Shown: in pieces, positions 54,501-63,798 of the stretch
Layout: each line of letters opens with the position of its first letter
Position numbering within the stretch: position 1 is the stretch's first letter
Source: Eledone cirrhosa
Lineage: Eukaryota
Assembly: GCA_964016885.1 (NCBI GenBank)
Contig: OZ024748.1
Coordinates: forward strand, 29,636,001-29,700,000
DNA length: 64,000 nt
Direction: 5' to 3'
Notes under the pieces: model-generated
What the model saw: the letters and a program-made list of their open reading frames with translations, nothing else
Database searches by the model: none
What the model was told of the DNA's origin: nothing
Made by a program: the position numbers and the translations under genes

Positions 54501-57500
54501 ACGTATGCGCAAACAGAGACAACAATAAATAAATAAAAAATAGAATAAGTAAACATTACAACAATACAAAGGAAGGAAACATAATAGTATCACTGATGAT
54601 GTCACAGGTGTGTGACGAAAGAATTCTGAGACTATATATATATTTATATCTATATTTTTAACTGTTGGTCAATCAATGATAAACATTGATTGCCAGCTAA
54701 ATTAACTATATGAATATAAAATATGCAGAAGCGAAAACCAACCCAAACTGTGTTTTAGTATATATTTCTGGCAATATTATAACATGACCTTCCCCAAATA
54801 TAATTGTATATATGCGAGCAAGACAATCACTCTTGCCTCAAGTGGGACTACCCCCGTCCAAACCCATGCAAGCGTGGAACACGGACGTTAAACGTTGATG
54901 ATGATGATATATATATATATACACACACATAATGTTGTCTCGAAGACTAAGATGGAGCGCAAGTGTGTTAGAATTTATAGAATAATGAGAAAAATTCAGT
55001 ACAAGAATAGCTGTTAAAACTGCAAGATGCTGTAAATGACAGCATCCGGTAAAATCTCCCTCAAAGGATAGAAGTGTGTTGGCCAGCAGAAGTGATAGGA
55101 AGAAAGAAATAGAGGAAGAAAATGAATGAGACAAAATCACACACATATCTTTTAACCTCTTTAGCTCTCAGATTGGCTGTGGTTTTGTACGATTTAATTG
55201 GGAGGACCATATAAAATTGTTGGCTCATGTATGTGTGTGTGTGTGTCATTGTTTAATGTCTATTTTCCATGCTTGCATATATGTGTGTATTATACATAGT
55301 GTATATGTATTGTGTGTGTACTTACATATACATATATGATGTATATATATGTTTGATCATGTGTGTTTGTACTTATGTCTACATCTGCCTCTGTGTATGT
55401 GTGTATTTCTTGTGGCAGTTTGCTCATGAAAATAGAGAGCTTGTGGTGTGTCAAATTACAAAATCCTCTCAGTTTTTGCCCTGTTAATTATGTATCCACT
55501 TTGTGTGTGTGTACTGACATGTGTATGAGTGTGTGTGTATGCTCAAGTGCCTGTGTATGTGCTATATATGTAAATGTGTGTACGCGTTCACATTCCTGTA
55601 TGTATGAATGTGTGTGTTCACATGCCTATGTTTGTGTGTGTCTATGTTCTCACGTGTGTGCTAGCATGTGTACATTATTTTACTAAATGACAAACAATTT
55701 CTATAAAACCTACTTGTGTGTATGTTATGAACAATAACACAATCTTGAGTTTGTTGTTTTTTGTTTTTTTTCCTAGATTGTTCTAGAATTTGACTCTTAT
55801 TCATATATTTCTAGGCTTGTGGAAATAACTACTAAAATGTGTATCTTTTATTATTTTATATTTGGTTTTTGCTTGGATTGACTGGTTTGATTTGTAACTA
55901 TTACCATTATCATTGCTATTATTCAGGGCGGTGGATTGGCAGTATCGGTGGAGGGTCGGACGCCATGCTTTCCAGCATAGTTATGTCCCTTTACGATCTG
56001 AGTTCAAATCCCGCCGAGGTTGACTTTGCCTTTCATCCTTACGGGGTCGATAAAATAAAGTACCAGTAATGCACTGGATAATTGCTGGCCTTGTGCCTAA
56101 AGTAGAAACAATTATTACTATTGGATTGGCAGTATCGGTAGAGGGTCGGACGCCATGCTTTCCAGCATAGTTACGTCCCTTTACGATCTGAGTTCAAATC
56201 CCACCGAGGTTGACTTTGCCTTTTATCCTTACGGGGTCAATAAAATAAAGTACCAGTAATGCACTGGGTTATTGCTGGCCTTGTGCCTAAAGTAGAAACA
56301 ATTATTATAATTCTTTTATTGCTATCATTATTACTATATTCCATAAGCCATTAATTCCAACCTCTGCCTCAGCCTCTAAAGTAACCTCTACTCTAGCAGA
56401 GTTAGTCATTTTGTGGTTAAAAGGTTGTGTGTGTGTCTGTATGTACTCACACATTGTGTGTGTATACTCAGACATGTATGTGTGTGTTTGAATGTGTAGA
56501 TAACCAGATGCGTCATTATATAAGATAATATACTAGATTTGCTTACAGTCTCATCTTGAAAAGACACACATGTTTTCCCACATGTATAACATTTTCACAC
56601 CTACAAGTATATTGTATTAACATTAACACATATGCATGTATCCATATACATACATATATCCAAACACACACATGTATCCATATATATGCTTGTGCTCTCT
56701 CAGATACATGTAATATCCTCACTAATGTACATATTATATCTTTATATATTTTCAGATGTGTGGCATATCTACCTACCCTATCTCTATTCATGCATATCTT
56801 TCCTGGGTGTATTGGCATTGCTATGTGAGTATTGTTTTATAACTATTGAGAGTTTGAAACAGCTGTAAAGTGGTTGGCAATAGGAAGGACATCAAGCTGT
56901 AGAAACCATAAAGGTTTGAGAGGACTCTTCAGTTGACTCTTCAGGACATGACAACCTTTCAGGTGCTGGGGCCATAATATAATGCACCTTGGCATTAGAA
57001 ACTGTAGAAACAATGCCAGCATGAAAGAACGGAGAAATATGATGATGATTGGGAGTGGTATTGTTACTCCTGTGTAACATTTGTTGGGTTTAGTCACCAC
57101 CCATCTGACCATGAGACAGATTGTAGTGGGTTATTTGGTGACACTTGTGCCATCTGATCTCTGACCTGCCTGGAGAAAAAATGTTGAGGTTTTGATTTAT
57201 TTTTTAGTGTTTAGTCAGATGGAGAGGGGGTTACCTTGACCCTTTTCAGTGCTTCAGTGACTGGTGGGAGGGAGGAAGGAATGTATCCTCAAACCATAAT
57301 TCTTGCCCAAATGCTTGCAACAGAGTGGACTTTACTAAAACATTCAAGGATTTGCTATTAAACCAAGTGATGGATTAAATAAAATCTACCACCCAACAAT
57401 AGAGTAGACTCTGTTAAAGGTACCAAATGACTAGGTGTTGATGTTAAATCAGGTGATGCATTAACCTCTTCAGTCCCGTAGACGAGATAACTCGTCTTAA

Positions 57501-60500
57501 CATTGTTTGAACTCTTTTCCAACACTCTTCAAAGTTATGAACTCGTTTCCAACAGTTCATAACTTCAAAGCTAGATAGGGTTACAAGTTTATTGATGTGA
57601 CATTTGTCAATCATTCAGATATCTGTTGTTACATGAAGCTGTGTAAAATATACTTGGCAGACAACAGGTTAAATTAAGTCTGCCACCCTACAACAAAGTG
57701 GACTCTGCTAAAGGTACCCAAGGATTAGGTGTTGATGTTAAATGGGGTGTCAAGTTCAGCCCATCCTGAGAGGAGCGATCACCAATAAGATTGGGTCAGA
57801 AGTCATTTACTGTAGACAACAGGTGTATTAAATAGCATACCCATAGGGGGGGGGGGGGGGGTGATGTGCAGTCATGTGACTGTCTTTTTGTCAGGCATGC
57901 AGATGTTTTAAGAGGTGTCTGGGATGTTCCATTATGTAGTAAGAATGGATGTGATAAATATGACAATTCAATGAGGGGGATTATATGTTCAATCCTGAGC
58001 AAGTTATGAGTCCAGAAAATGTTTTGAATTCAGTACATCACATTGCCTGCTACACAAATGTTAAATTCCTATTAATGGATTCAGTTCTTTCAACTAAGAC
58101 TTAGCTCTTACTTGTGTTATTTTTACTTGAATGTTTCTTCATGCCTTTCCTTTCTCATCTTTTCTTTTCTACAGTGTGTACTCCTGTTGGATTTGCTCGA
58201 ATGTTCACTGTCATGGGCCAATTAGTTGTGAAACCACAGGTCAGTATAATGTTTGTTTATTGGGGTCAAGATTGTTTGTGGAGATATTAAGTTGTTGGAT
58301 TTCACTGAATGTAAATTGTAGTAGAATTAACTCCTTTTGTTACCAAACCACATGAAACTGCTCCTTGTTCTACAATACAAAGCTGTTTATTTCAACCCTT
58401 TCATCGCCATATTTCTAATGAAAGACACTGCTTATGATTTTCAAATAATTTTGGAAATAATAAAGTATATGGAGGGATTTAGTAATATAACTAACTTAAT
58501 CATTATTAAGCTTCTGAAAATTCTTCACACACTGAAGACATCTAGCAGTGAAGAAAAACTTACAACAGGTTGTGTGTAATTCTCTATCGACACTAGGTAA
58601 ACATCCTTATAGTAGGTACTACATGATAATCCAAATTCACTCTTCCATTTTGTCGTGCTTCTATCACTCTCTCTTTTCCCATTATACTACTCATACTGTT
58701 TTTCTATTCAATGTTCAGACCAACAACCAGTATGTTGCTATCTCATTGACTGTATTCCATTATTCCCTCCTCTATCACACTTTTACTCCTATCACACTAT
58801 TTCTCCCATCATAATCTCTCTTTTATCACCTTCTAACTCTGTCTCTCTCTCTTTCATCGCTCTCCTATTTAGCTTCTCAGTCACATTGCTTTAAATGAAT
58901 GCAAACATAATATAAAGATGAGTCTTCAATTTTCTAGTGCTCATGTCATGTAGTGCACTATGTAAAGTGGTTGATGTTAGGAAGAGCATCTAATCATAGA
59001 GACCATGTTAAAAAAATGATATGTTGAAGTGAGATGTGGTCCTCAGCTCATCTTGGAGAGCAGTAACTCTGAATAAGAACTTGGATCATTATGTCCCATT
59101 CACCCCATGTCAACATGGAAAAGCAGACTTGAAATGATGATGATTATTTAAGTTTCATGTAAATTGTTGTTTCCTACAGTTTCTCCATGATATTGACTCA
59201 GATCTCTTCCAAGCAACACTCACTGAAGAAGATCTGCTCCGCAAAATAAAACATTCCAAGTGTGGTAAGTTACATGCTGCTGTTTATTTCGTATTAGAAT
59301 TGGTCCCCTGTATGTCACTGCTATGTCAGTTATCTGGTGGTTCAGGTTTTCTTAGTTTTTGTGTGTGGTACTGCCAAGTTAGTTATCTGGGTGACTCAAG
59401 ATGTCTTTGTTCATCTGATGGCTGACTCATTGCCTAAATAATAATAATAATGAAATTATTGTGTAAAGTGCTCAGGTGCACTACAACTCTACAAATGTTA
59501 GTGCTGAGTTGGTTATCTGATGGCTAGCTCAAGTTGCCTAGATATTAATGCTGCATTGGGCATCTGATTGCTCAAGTTGTCTGAATGTATGTATATTACA
59601 GCTGTATTGGTTATCTGGTGACTCAAGATGTCTTTGTTCATCTGATGGCTGGCTCAAGTTGTTATAATGTTACTACTTTGTTGGTTATCTGATGGCTCAA
59701 TTTGTCTGAATGTATATATGTTACAGCTGTGTTGGTCATGTAATGGTTCAAGTTGTCTTAGTTTGTATGTAACTGTTAAGTTATCTTTAATCTCATATTA
59801 CTGCTCTGTATGTGTTCTAATTTAATGTATCATCTATATTGCTTGAGCCTCAACTTTATTTTTGTAAAGGTCCTTCTAAAATAGCAAATGGCAGAGCTGG
59901 TACAGATCTCTTCCAAAGACTTGAAGAAGTTCGAAAGCTGAAACAAGAACTTGGTAGGTATCTGAAAACATATTGATTGCCTAGAAGTTTTGTTTCCTAT
60001 TTTTTCTTTAATCTATTCTGAAAGTTTTGGGGGATGGTCAGCTAGGGTTGAGAGCTGACTAAGTCAGTTGATGATGGGGTGTATTGGTTGATCTGAAAGA
60101 TAGATTAGTGGGAATCATATACCCAACTCCTATAAGATTTCTTCTCTAGGTTGTGAATTCAAGGCTTGTTACAAGTTATTATTGTGATCTAACAAGTAGA
60201 GAGGAAGGCTGCATGGCCTAGAGGTTAGTGTGTTGGCCCCATGATAATGTTGTGGGCTTGATTCTCAGACTAGGTGGAGCATTATTTCCTTGAACAAGAC
60301 ACTTAATTTCACATTGCTCCAATCCACACTGCTGAAAAAATGAATACCAGCATTCAGTTCAGTTTAGTTTTGACTTTGGTCCCCCTCTGGAACATAAGCT
60401 GCCAACAAGTTTTCTCCAACCATCACAGTCATGCATTAGTCACTCCAATGGTCCCCAGGAATACCCGAACCTCTTTCCTTATGCTTCCAGATCATGACAC

Positions 60501-61105
60501 CAGATATCCTTAGGCCTTCCTCTTTATCTTTTCTCTTGTGTGTTCCAAGTCAGGACTTGCTTTGTGGTACTAGCATTAGCTGGGGTTTAACCGTGTGATG
60601 GACTGACTGGGTTTATTTCAGTCTGCCCAGCTGAGCAAAACTGTGTCCCTTCCATTTTATGTTGGTAGGAAGTATTGGATATTAAATTGTTAAAACATTG
60701 TTAGTTTCTTATTTTCTTTCATTTGCTCCTTCTTTTCCCCTCTTCCAGGTTTTCCATATGGTGGTCTATAACTGTAATTTCTGCATGTTAGAATGTATTT
60801 GAATGCTAACTTGGGGTAGACATAAACTCTGTAAGCTATAAAGTAAAGGGAACTCTTTATGGGAAGCACTAATTTTGCATGAATGTTATTTTGAAAAACA
60901 AACATATTATAAAGCCATTTTAACTCTTTTGTGACTATATTCTGGGAAATACATTGCCTGCGTTTTGCAGTTAATTTTGAAAAATAATCAAGTATTAAAA
61001 ATGATTTAGTAAATGTTTCTTGTTTCAGAAAAACGAAGACAAGTGTCTTCATTACGAAGAAATCTTGGTTATCCACTTGTCATTTTAATATTGTTAGCTC
61101 TCACA
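16399..61105 (+). CDS. LMBR1: LMBR1/LMBR1L-family (lilipod-like) multipass membrane protein; spliced CDS, exons 1-11, 3'-incomplete
   Basis: join(16399-16467,35493-35586,36860-36890,38242-38381,39812-39915,42766-42892,56756-56824,58175-58239,59180-59264,59870-59953,61029-61105) = 945 nt, 315 aa, no stops, all introns GT-AG with matching phases (0,1,2,1,0,1,1,0,1,1,0). Motifs such as GAVLLLPISIVSNEVLL..YYVKWLNSSLIH, LWNLIFFLSNL..FILMPFSYFFTESEGFSG, YLPYLYSCIS and CTPVGFARMFTVMGQL match LMBR1 as I recall it. Probably co-orthologous to vertebrate LMBR1 and LMBR1L. Confidence 0.95.
16660..16825 (-). repeat. Short (TA)n-associated repeat ending in a 44-bp-stem hairpin
   Basis: Diverged second copy at 50851-50985; GGTTCAATT B-box-like head; hairpin at 16660-16755. 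Confidence 0.6.
16826..17122. repeat. Compound (TA)n/(TG)n microsatellite, representative of dozens in the window
   Basis: Direct inspection; source of the YIYI/CVCV pseudo-ORFs. Confidence 0.95.
19112..19256. mobile_element. hAT (Charlie-like) MITE relic
   Basis: caagcatgggcaac ... gtttgcacacgactg termini with internal gggcc(a/g)ca motifs. Confidence 0.5.
19884..20072 (+). mobile_element. SINE family B copy (others near 8025, 11865, 22130, 25330, 26090, 26590 and 38755 on +; near 1130, 1620, 27150, 32705 and 37635 on -)
   Basis: Same core as 55925-56308. Confidence 0.8.
20376..20725 (-). mobile_element. SINE family A copy
   Basis: Matches 4738-5095. Confidence 0.85.
20916..21401. mobile_element. 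MITE-like element with ~135-bp terminal inverted repeats and a microsatellite core
   Basis: tggcatacgttaagacgggcgttccggaaag... mirrored at about 21275-21401; no clear TSD. Confidence 0.75.
21511..21575 (+). ncRNA. Degenerate minimal hammerhead-like motif (probable PLE terminal relic)
   Basis: tattttat-CTGATGAGG...CCTCT-GAAA-tatg-TA-taataaaata. Confidence 0.35.
26850..27120. repeat. Minisatellite, 22-bp unit, about 12 copies
   Basis: Unit tagtgtatgtctatatgtactg, seen at 27061, 27083 and 27105. Confidence 0.9.
27770..28570 (+). mobile_element. Degenerate LINE apurinic-like endonuclease domain (RTE-like)
   Basis: Translated pieces QEH, GGVGLVL, VIAAYSPT, LGDFNAH, SQIDFILV and LGSGH (SDH equivalent), interrupted by frameshifts. 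Confidence 0.85.
28575..29405 (+). mobile_element. RTE LINE 3' fragment with (GAT)n tail
   Basis: LERNEACMLRWMC..RLRWYGHVM..GRPKKT, then the family 3' UTR. Confidence 0.9.
31340..32170 (+). mobile_element. Tigger/pogo-type transposase C-terminal relic
   Basis: CWKKAWPECVQDY..LGGEGFDDI..DEDLLELT..EEEE..KKQRQQLPITMF, typical of TIGD1/Tigger tails; interrupted by stops. Confidence 0.8.
32950..33468. repeat. Minisatellite, 41-bp unit, about 12.5 copies
   Basis: Unit tagatttagtcattaaactgtggccatgctggaacactaca, 41-bp period (33312 to 33353), no spacers. Confidence 0.95.
33615..34161 (+). mobile_element. RTE LINE extreme 3' fragment
   Basis: Matches 28990-29405; UTR tandem repeats and (GAT)n tail. 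Confidence 0.85.
35493..35586 (+). CDS. LMBR1: LMBR1-family exon 2 (IFLLLSILLILLSYVGIQLIRKKADTDECYT), first TM helix
   Basis: ttacAG acceptor, GTAAGT donor, phase 0 to 1, hydrophobic helix followed by basic residues. Confidence 0.88.
36860..36890 (+). CDS. LMBR1: LMBR1-family exon 3, 31 nt (GDEDVYVYKIS)
   Basis: polypyrimidine tract and caacAG, GTAAGT donor, phase 1 to 2; DED..V..IS motif. Confidence 0.9.
38242..38381 (+). CDS. LMBR1: LMBR1-family exon 4 (LLLCTLTLAISFGAVLLLPISIVSNEVLLLYPDSYYVKWLNSSLIH)
   Basis: tacAG / GTAAGA, 140 nt, strong family motif. Confidence 0.96.
39812..39915 (+). CDS. LMBR1: LMBR1-family exon 5 (ELWNLIFFLSNLALFILMPFSYFFTESEGFSGSKK)
   Basis: ttgcAG / GTCAGT, 104 nt, strong family motif. 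Confidence 0.96.
40205..42460 (-). mobile_element. Degenerate RTE LINE split by a Gypsy-like insert
   Basis: RT C-terminus and PHD relic at 40205-40795; the upstream RT part (GLKVNLTKTKVL, GVHQ-region) resumes at about 42235-42460. Confidence 0.82.
40836..42232 (-). mobile_element. Ty3/Gypsy-like gag fragment with ~70-bp direct repeats
   Basis: EEWAYFEQRWSDY..QLLECC..DLRKDL gag-like segment, degenerate zinc knuckle CPAY..C..H; direct repeats at about 40910-40979 and 42157-42228. Confidence 0.7.
42766..42892 (+). CDS. LMBR1: LMBR1-family exon 6 (GIMARVYETAVVLVILGILVFGIAWVASALIDGDKSSRQTLF)
   Basis: tttcAG / GTGAGT, 127 nt, WVASALID motif. Confidence 0.95.
42896..43140. repeat. Degenerate (GGT/GAT)n low-complexity tract directly after exon 6
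   Basis: Direct inspection. Confidence 0.85.
43395..44086 (-). mobile_element. Non-autonomous Helitron-like element
   Basis: 5' TC at 44086, (GTCT)n near the 5' end, subterminal hairpin acccggcgttgcctgggt, 3' CTAG at 43395-43398 followed by T. Confidence 0.7.
47195..47470 (-). mobile_element. Second Penelope-like RT fragment (Neptune-like C-terminus)
   Basis: Minus strand reads VHFLDISV..FFKPTDSHSYLDFTSSHPIHTKHSIPYSQLLRIHCLCS. Confidence 0.8.
47641..47784. repeat. Perfect 144-bp palindrome with no spacer
   Basis: 72-bp arms centred on cactat|agtg region (axis 47712/47713). Confidence 0.95.
48319..49077 (+). pseudogene. Penelope-like reverse transcriptase ORF (5'-truncated, disrupted downstream)
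   Basis: 252-aa frame with PLE RT motifs; the endonuclease lies beyond a stop and frameshifts. Confidence 0.85.
50671..50721 (+). ncRNA. Non-canonical hammerhead-like motif in PLE pseudo-LTR
   Basis: agttt-CAGAAGA-tcccattaagggt-GAAA-gcag..ttgc-TT-aaact: all three stems can form, but the core is CAGAAGA instead of CUGANGA. Confidence 0.5.
53385..54633 (+). mobile_element. Third, degenerate Penelope-like element ending in a hammerhead motif
   Basis: RYVDD (YVDD at 53415-53426), TIDYPSKHPNNRL, HYAKPMAS..LVRMMKNVS, and GIY-YIG NVVYRIRC..C..YVGETAR (54089-54166); followed by (TA)n. Confidence 0.82.
54586..54633 (+). ncRNA. Minimal type I hammerhead ribozyme motif
   Basis: agtatca-CTGATGA-t-gtcaca-ggtg-tgtgac-GAAA-gaat-TC-tgagact: stem I 6 of 7 bp, 6-bp stem II, minimal stem III, at the 3' end of a PLE. 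Confidence 0.75.
55925..56308 (+). mobile_element. Tandem dimer of SINE family B (GAGTTCAAATCC B box, Meta-domain-like core, (ATT)n tail)
   Basis: Two ~190-bp near-identical units with gttgactttgcctttcatccttacggggtcgataaaataaagtacc. Confidence 0.85.
56756..56824 (+). CDS. LMBR1: LMBR1-family exon 7 (DVWHIYLPYLYSCISFLGVLALL)
   Basis: tttcAG / GTGAGT, 69 nt, YLPYLYSCIS motif. Confidence 0.95.
58175..58239 (+). CDS. LMBR1: LMBR1-family exon 8 (LCTPVGFARMFTVMGQLVVKPQ)
   Basis: ctacAG / GTCAGT, 65 nt, CTPxGxxRMFTVMGQL motif. Confidence 0.95.
59180..59264 (+). CDS. LMBR1: LMBR1-family exon 9 (FLHDIDSDLFQATLTEEDLLRKIKHSKC)
   Basis: ctacAG / GTAAGT, 85 nt, phase 0 to 1, fits the cytoplasmic loop. 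Confidence 0.88.
59325..59790. repeat. Degenerate tandem repeat filling intron 9
   Basis: Recurrent gttggttatctgatggct..ctcaagttgtc units. Confidence 0.65.
59870..59953 (+). CDS. LMBR1: LMBR1-family exon 10 (GPSKIANGRAGTDLFQRLEEVRKLKQEL)
   Basis: taaAG / GTAGGT, 84 nt, phase 1 to 1, coiled-coil-like; acceptor is less canonical. Confidence 0.82.
61029..61105 (+). CDS. LMBR1: LMBR1-family exon 11 (EKRRQVSSLRRNLGYPLVILILLALT)
   Basis: tttcAG / GTAAGT, 77 nt, RNLxYP motif followed by a TM helix. Confidence 0.93.
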
Positions 61106-62046
61106 GTAAGTAAACCTTTTCGACTTTTCTAGTGATGAGACATTCATATATATCATAAATTAGAATATAGTCTTTGATTTTTTACTTCTCCCTTGAGATT
61201 TATTTAAGTTCTTTACAAAGTGAAAGTGTGTGGCTTAGTGGTTAGAGAATTGGATTAGCAATTGTGAGGTTGTGAATTTGATTCCCGAACCAGGCAATGT
61301 GTTTATGTTCTTCAGTAAGACACTTTATTTCATGTTGCTCTTCCTGCCAGGAGTTGTGACCAATAGATAGTATCAGCAATGGAAACATTGTTTTGTCGGT
61401 CTGTTTTGACAAGTTCCACCACATACAGTAAGCATATGAAATCTGGGATTTTGTTATACTCAATTTAGAATAGGTACACTATATCCCTGCTTGTTGTCAG
61501 AGGTAACTAAAAAAGGCTGGCATTGGAAGAGCATCAAACCATAAAAAATAACCCCACGATGTGTCTGAAGCTTGTCATAGAGCCCACAAAGCCATTTTCC
61601 CTTAAAAATACTAATTGTTGATGTTTGCCAAAGCTTTATTGTTTGTTTCAAGACAGTTCCAAGGATTTGTGAACATGTGAATGAGTTTTTGTATATTTGT
61701 AGGTGTATGTATACAAAGTCACACTAATGTAATGAATACACGTTTCTTCAGTGTGTGTGTGCGTACACACCATATGCCTACATTTACATATTCAGTTCAG
61801 CTAACTTAAATAGAAAATCATTGAAAATCTTTGCAAATCTTTGCTGTATTGGATTTGGTGCATGTGTTAGTTTGCCATATATTTTTTTGTGCACACTTGT
61901 GTATATGTGTACGTGTTTATGCTGATGGCGCTAAATCTGAATATCTAAATATGCAGATCTATGTGTACTAATGTGGTCTGTGCATGTGTGTATGCAGATC
62001 TATACATCTATATGTACTGATGCTGTTGATAAATTTCTTCCTCTTT

Positions 62047-63778
62047 CATCATCATCATCATCATCATCAGGTTTAGCGTCCGTGTTCCACGCTTGCATGG
62101 GTTTGGACGGGGGTTTTCCCACTTGAGGCAAGAGTGGTTGTCTTGCTCGCATAGGACTGTCTGGCGGGTTTTCTACAGTTGGATGCCCTTCCTAACACCA
62201 ACCACATTTACAGTGTGGGGCTGGGAGGTTTTTACCGTGTTGCCTACACGGCCACATTTACAGCGTGGACTGTGTGTTTTTTGTCGTGACACCTACACGA
62301 TCTCATTTGTTTCGGCCTGGATGTTGTGGGACCAACATAACTTTACATTGAAAGGGGCGGTGTGGAGGGACGGGGGTGTGTTTTGATAGAGGTGCCTACT
62401 GACTGTAGTAGGTTTTTACTTTGTATTTAGGTAAGGCGGGTCTTCTCTATTACTGAGTACCGCCAAAGGTCTCGGTCCAGTGACATTGTCTTGGAGAGGT
62501 GTAAGCGTGTGAGGTCGGAATTTATCAGCTCGTCCCATGTTTTTCTGGGTCTGCCTACTCCGTGGCTACCGTCTATCTTTATTGCCCTGCACTTTGTTAT
62601 ACAGCTGTCGTCTTTCATGCGCATCACGTGACCGTACCAACGTAGCCTTCTCTCGAGTAAACAACATCTGATCCCTCTTATTTCTAATTTTTTCCTTAGT
62701 TCGTTTATGCTTTGCCGTTCACGTATATTACTATTGCACATCCAGCGGAGCATGCAAGCTTCGTTCCTCTCTAGTCTGCGTATATCCTCTGCACACAATG
62801 CCCAGGTCTCACTGCCATGCAGCATTGCTGTTCGTATGCAGGCATCGTATAACCTGCCTTTCATTTTTAGGGAGAACCCTCTAGCGGCTAATAGTGGTAT
62901 AAGCTCTCTGAACTTTTTCCATCCAGTTCTGACTCTAGCTACTGTACTTTCAGAGCACCCTCCCCCACTGCTGATTTTGTCACCCAGATAACGGAAGCTG
63001 TCCACTATTTCTATAGAACCCTCTGCGCAGTTGAAGGAGCTAGTATTTTGTGGGCACTTGCTGCTACTTATTGCACCAGAGCACCGGCCACATGTAAAAT
63101 CTATGTTCTTAGTTAGCTTACCTGTGATCCCACTACATCTTTTATGCACCCATACTTTGCATTTGGGACATAAAATGGAGTTTCTACCTACGCCTTTCCT
63201 ACACACTGAGCATGGCCATTTCCCCGATGGGACCGCCGCCTTATTTTCTTTCCTACAAACTAGAACTTTAGTCTTAGCCAGGTTAATTTTAAGGCCTTTT
63301 GATTCTAGGCCGTGCTTCCACGTTTGGAATTTCTTCTCTAGTTCGGTCATTGATTCAGCTATGAGCGTTAGATCATCTGCGTATAGGAGTTCCCATGGGC
63401 AGCCGGTCTTGAACTCCTCTGTTATAGCCTGAAGGGCAATAATAAATAGTAGGGGGCTAAGTACAGAGCCCTGATGGACACCAACTTTTACGCTAAACTC
63501 TTCACTATATTCGTTGTTAATTCTAACCTTACTGACTGTTTCTTTATACATGGCTTGTATAGCTCTCACAAGCCATTCGTCAACACCTAGTTTTCTAAGA
63601 GACCACCAGATAATGGAACGGGGGACTCTGTCGAAGGCTTTCTCCAAGTCGACAAAAGCTAAGTATAGGGGTTTACTTTTAGCTAGGTACTTCTCCTGTA
63701 GTTGTCGTACAATGAAAAGAGCGTCTGTGGTACTTTTGCCTGACACAAACCCGAACTGCATTTCATCTAGATCAATTC
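62047..63778 (-). mobile_element. Young 5'-truncated RTE-clade non-LTR retrotransposon (RT with inserted PHD finger)
   Basis: Uninterrupted frame with QFGF, FVDLEKAFDRV, GVHQGSVLSP, YADD (63372-63383), FRYLG, LRWYGHVMR and GRPRKTW; 3' UTR; (GAT)n tail; candidate 7-bp TSD cctcttt at 62040-62046 and 63779-63785. Confidence 0.95.
62427..63778 (-). CDS. RTE LINE reverse transcriptase ORF, 5'-truncated, no endonuclease domain
   Basis: 461-aa ORF in the track; the first ~11 aa come from flanking AT-rich DNA. Confidence 0.9.
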
Positions 63779-63798
63779 CCTCTTTATTTATATATATT

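Noticed and set aside
54084-54605. 173-aa hydrophobic minus-strand ORF
   Set aside because: Antisense to the A-rich 3' part of a Penelope-like element; compositional artefact
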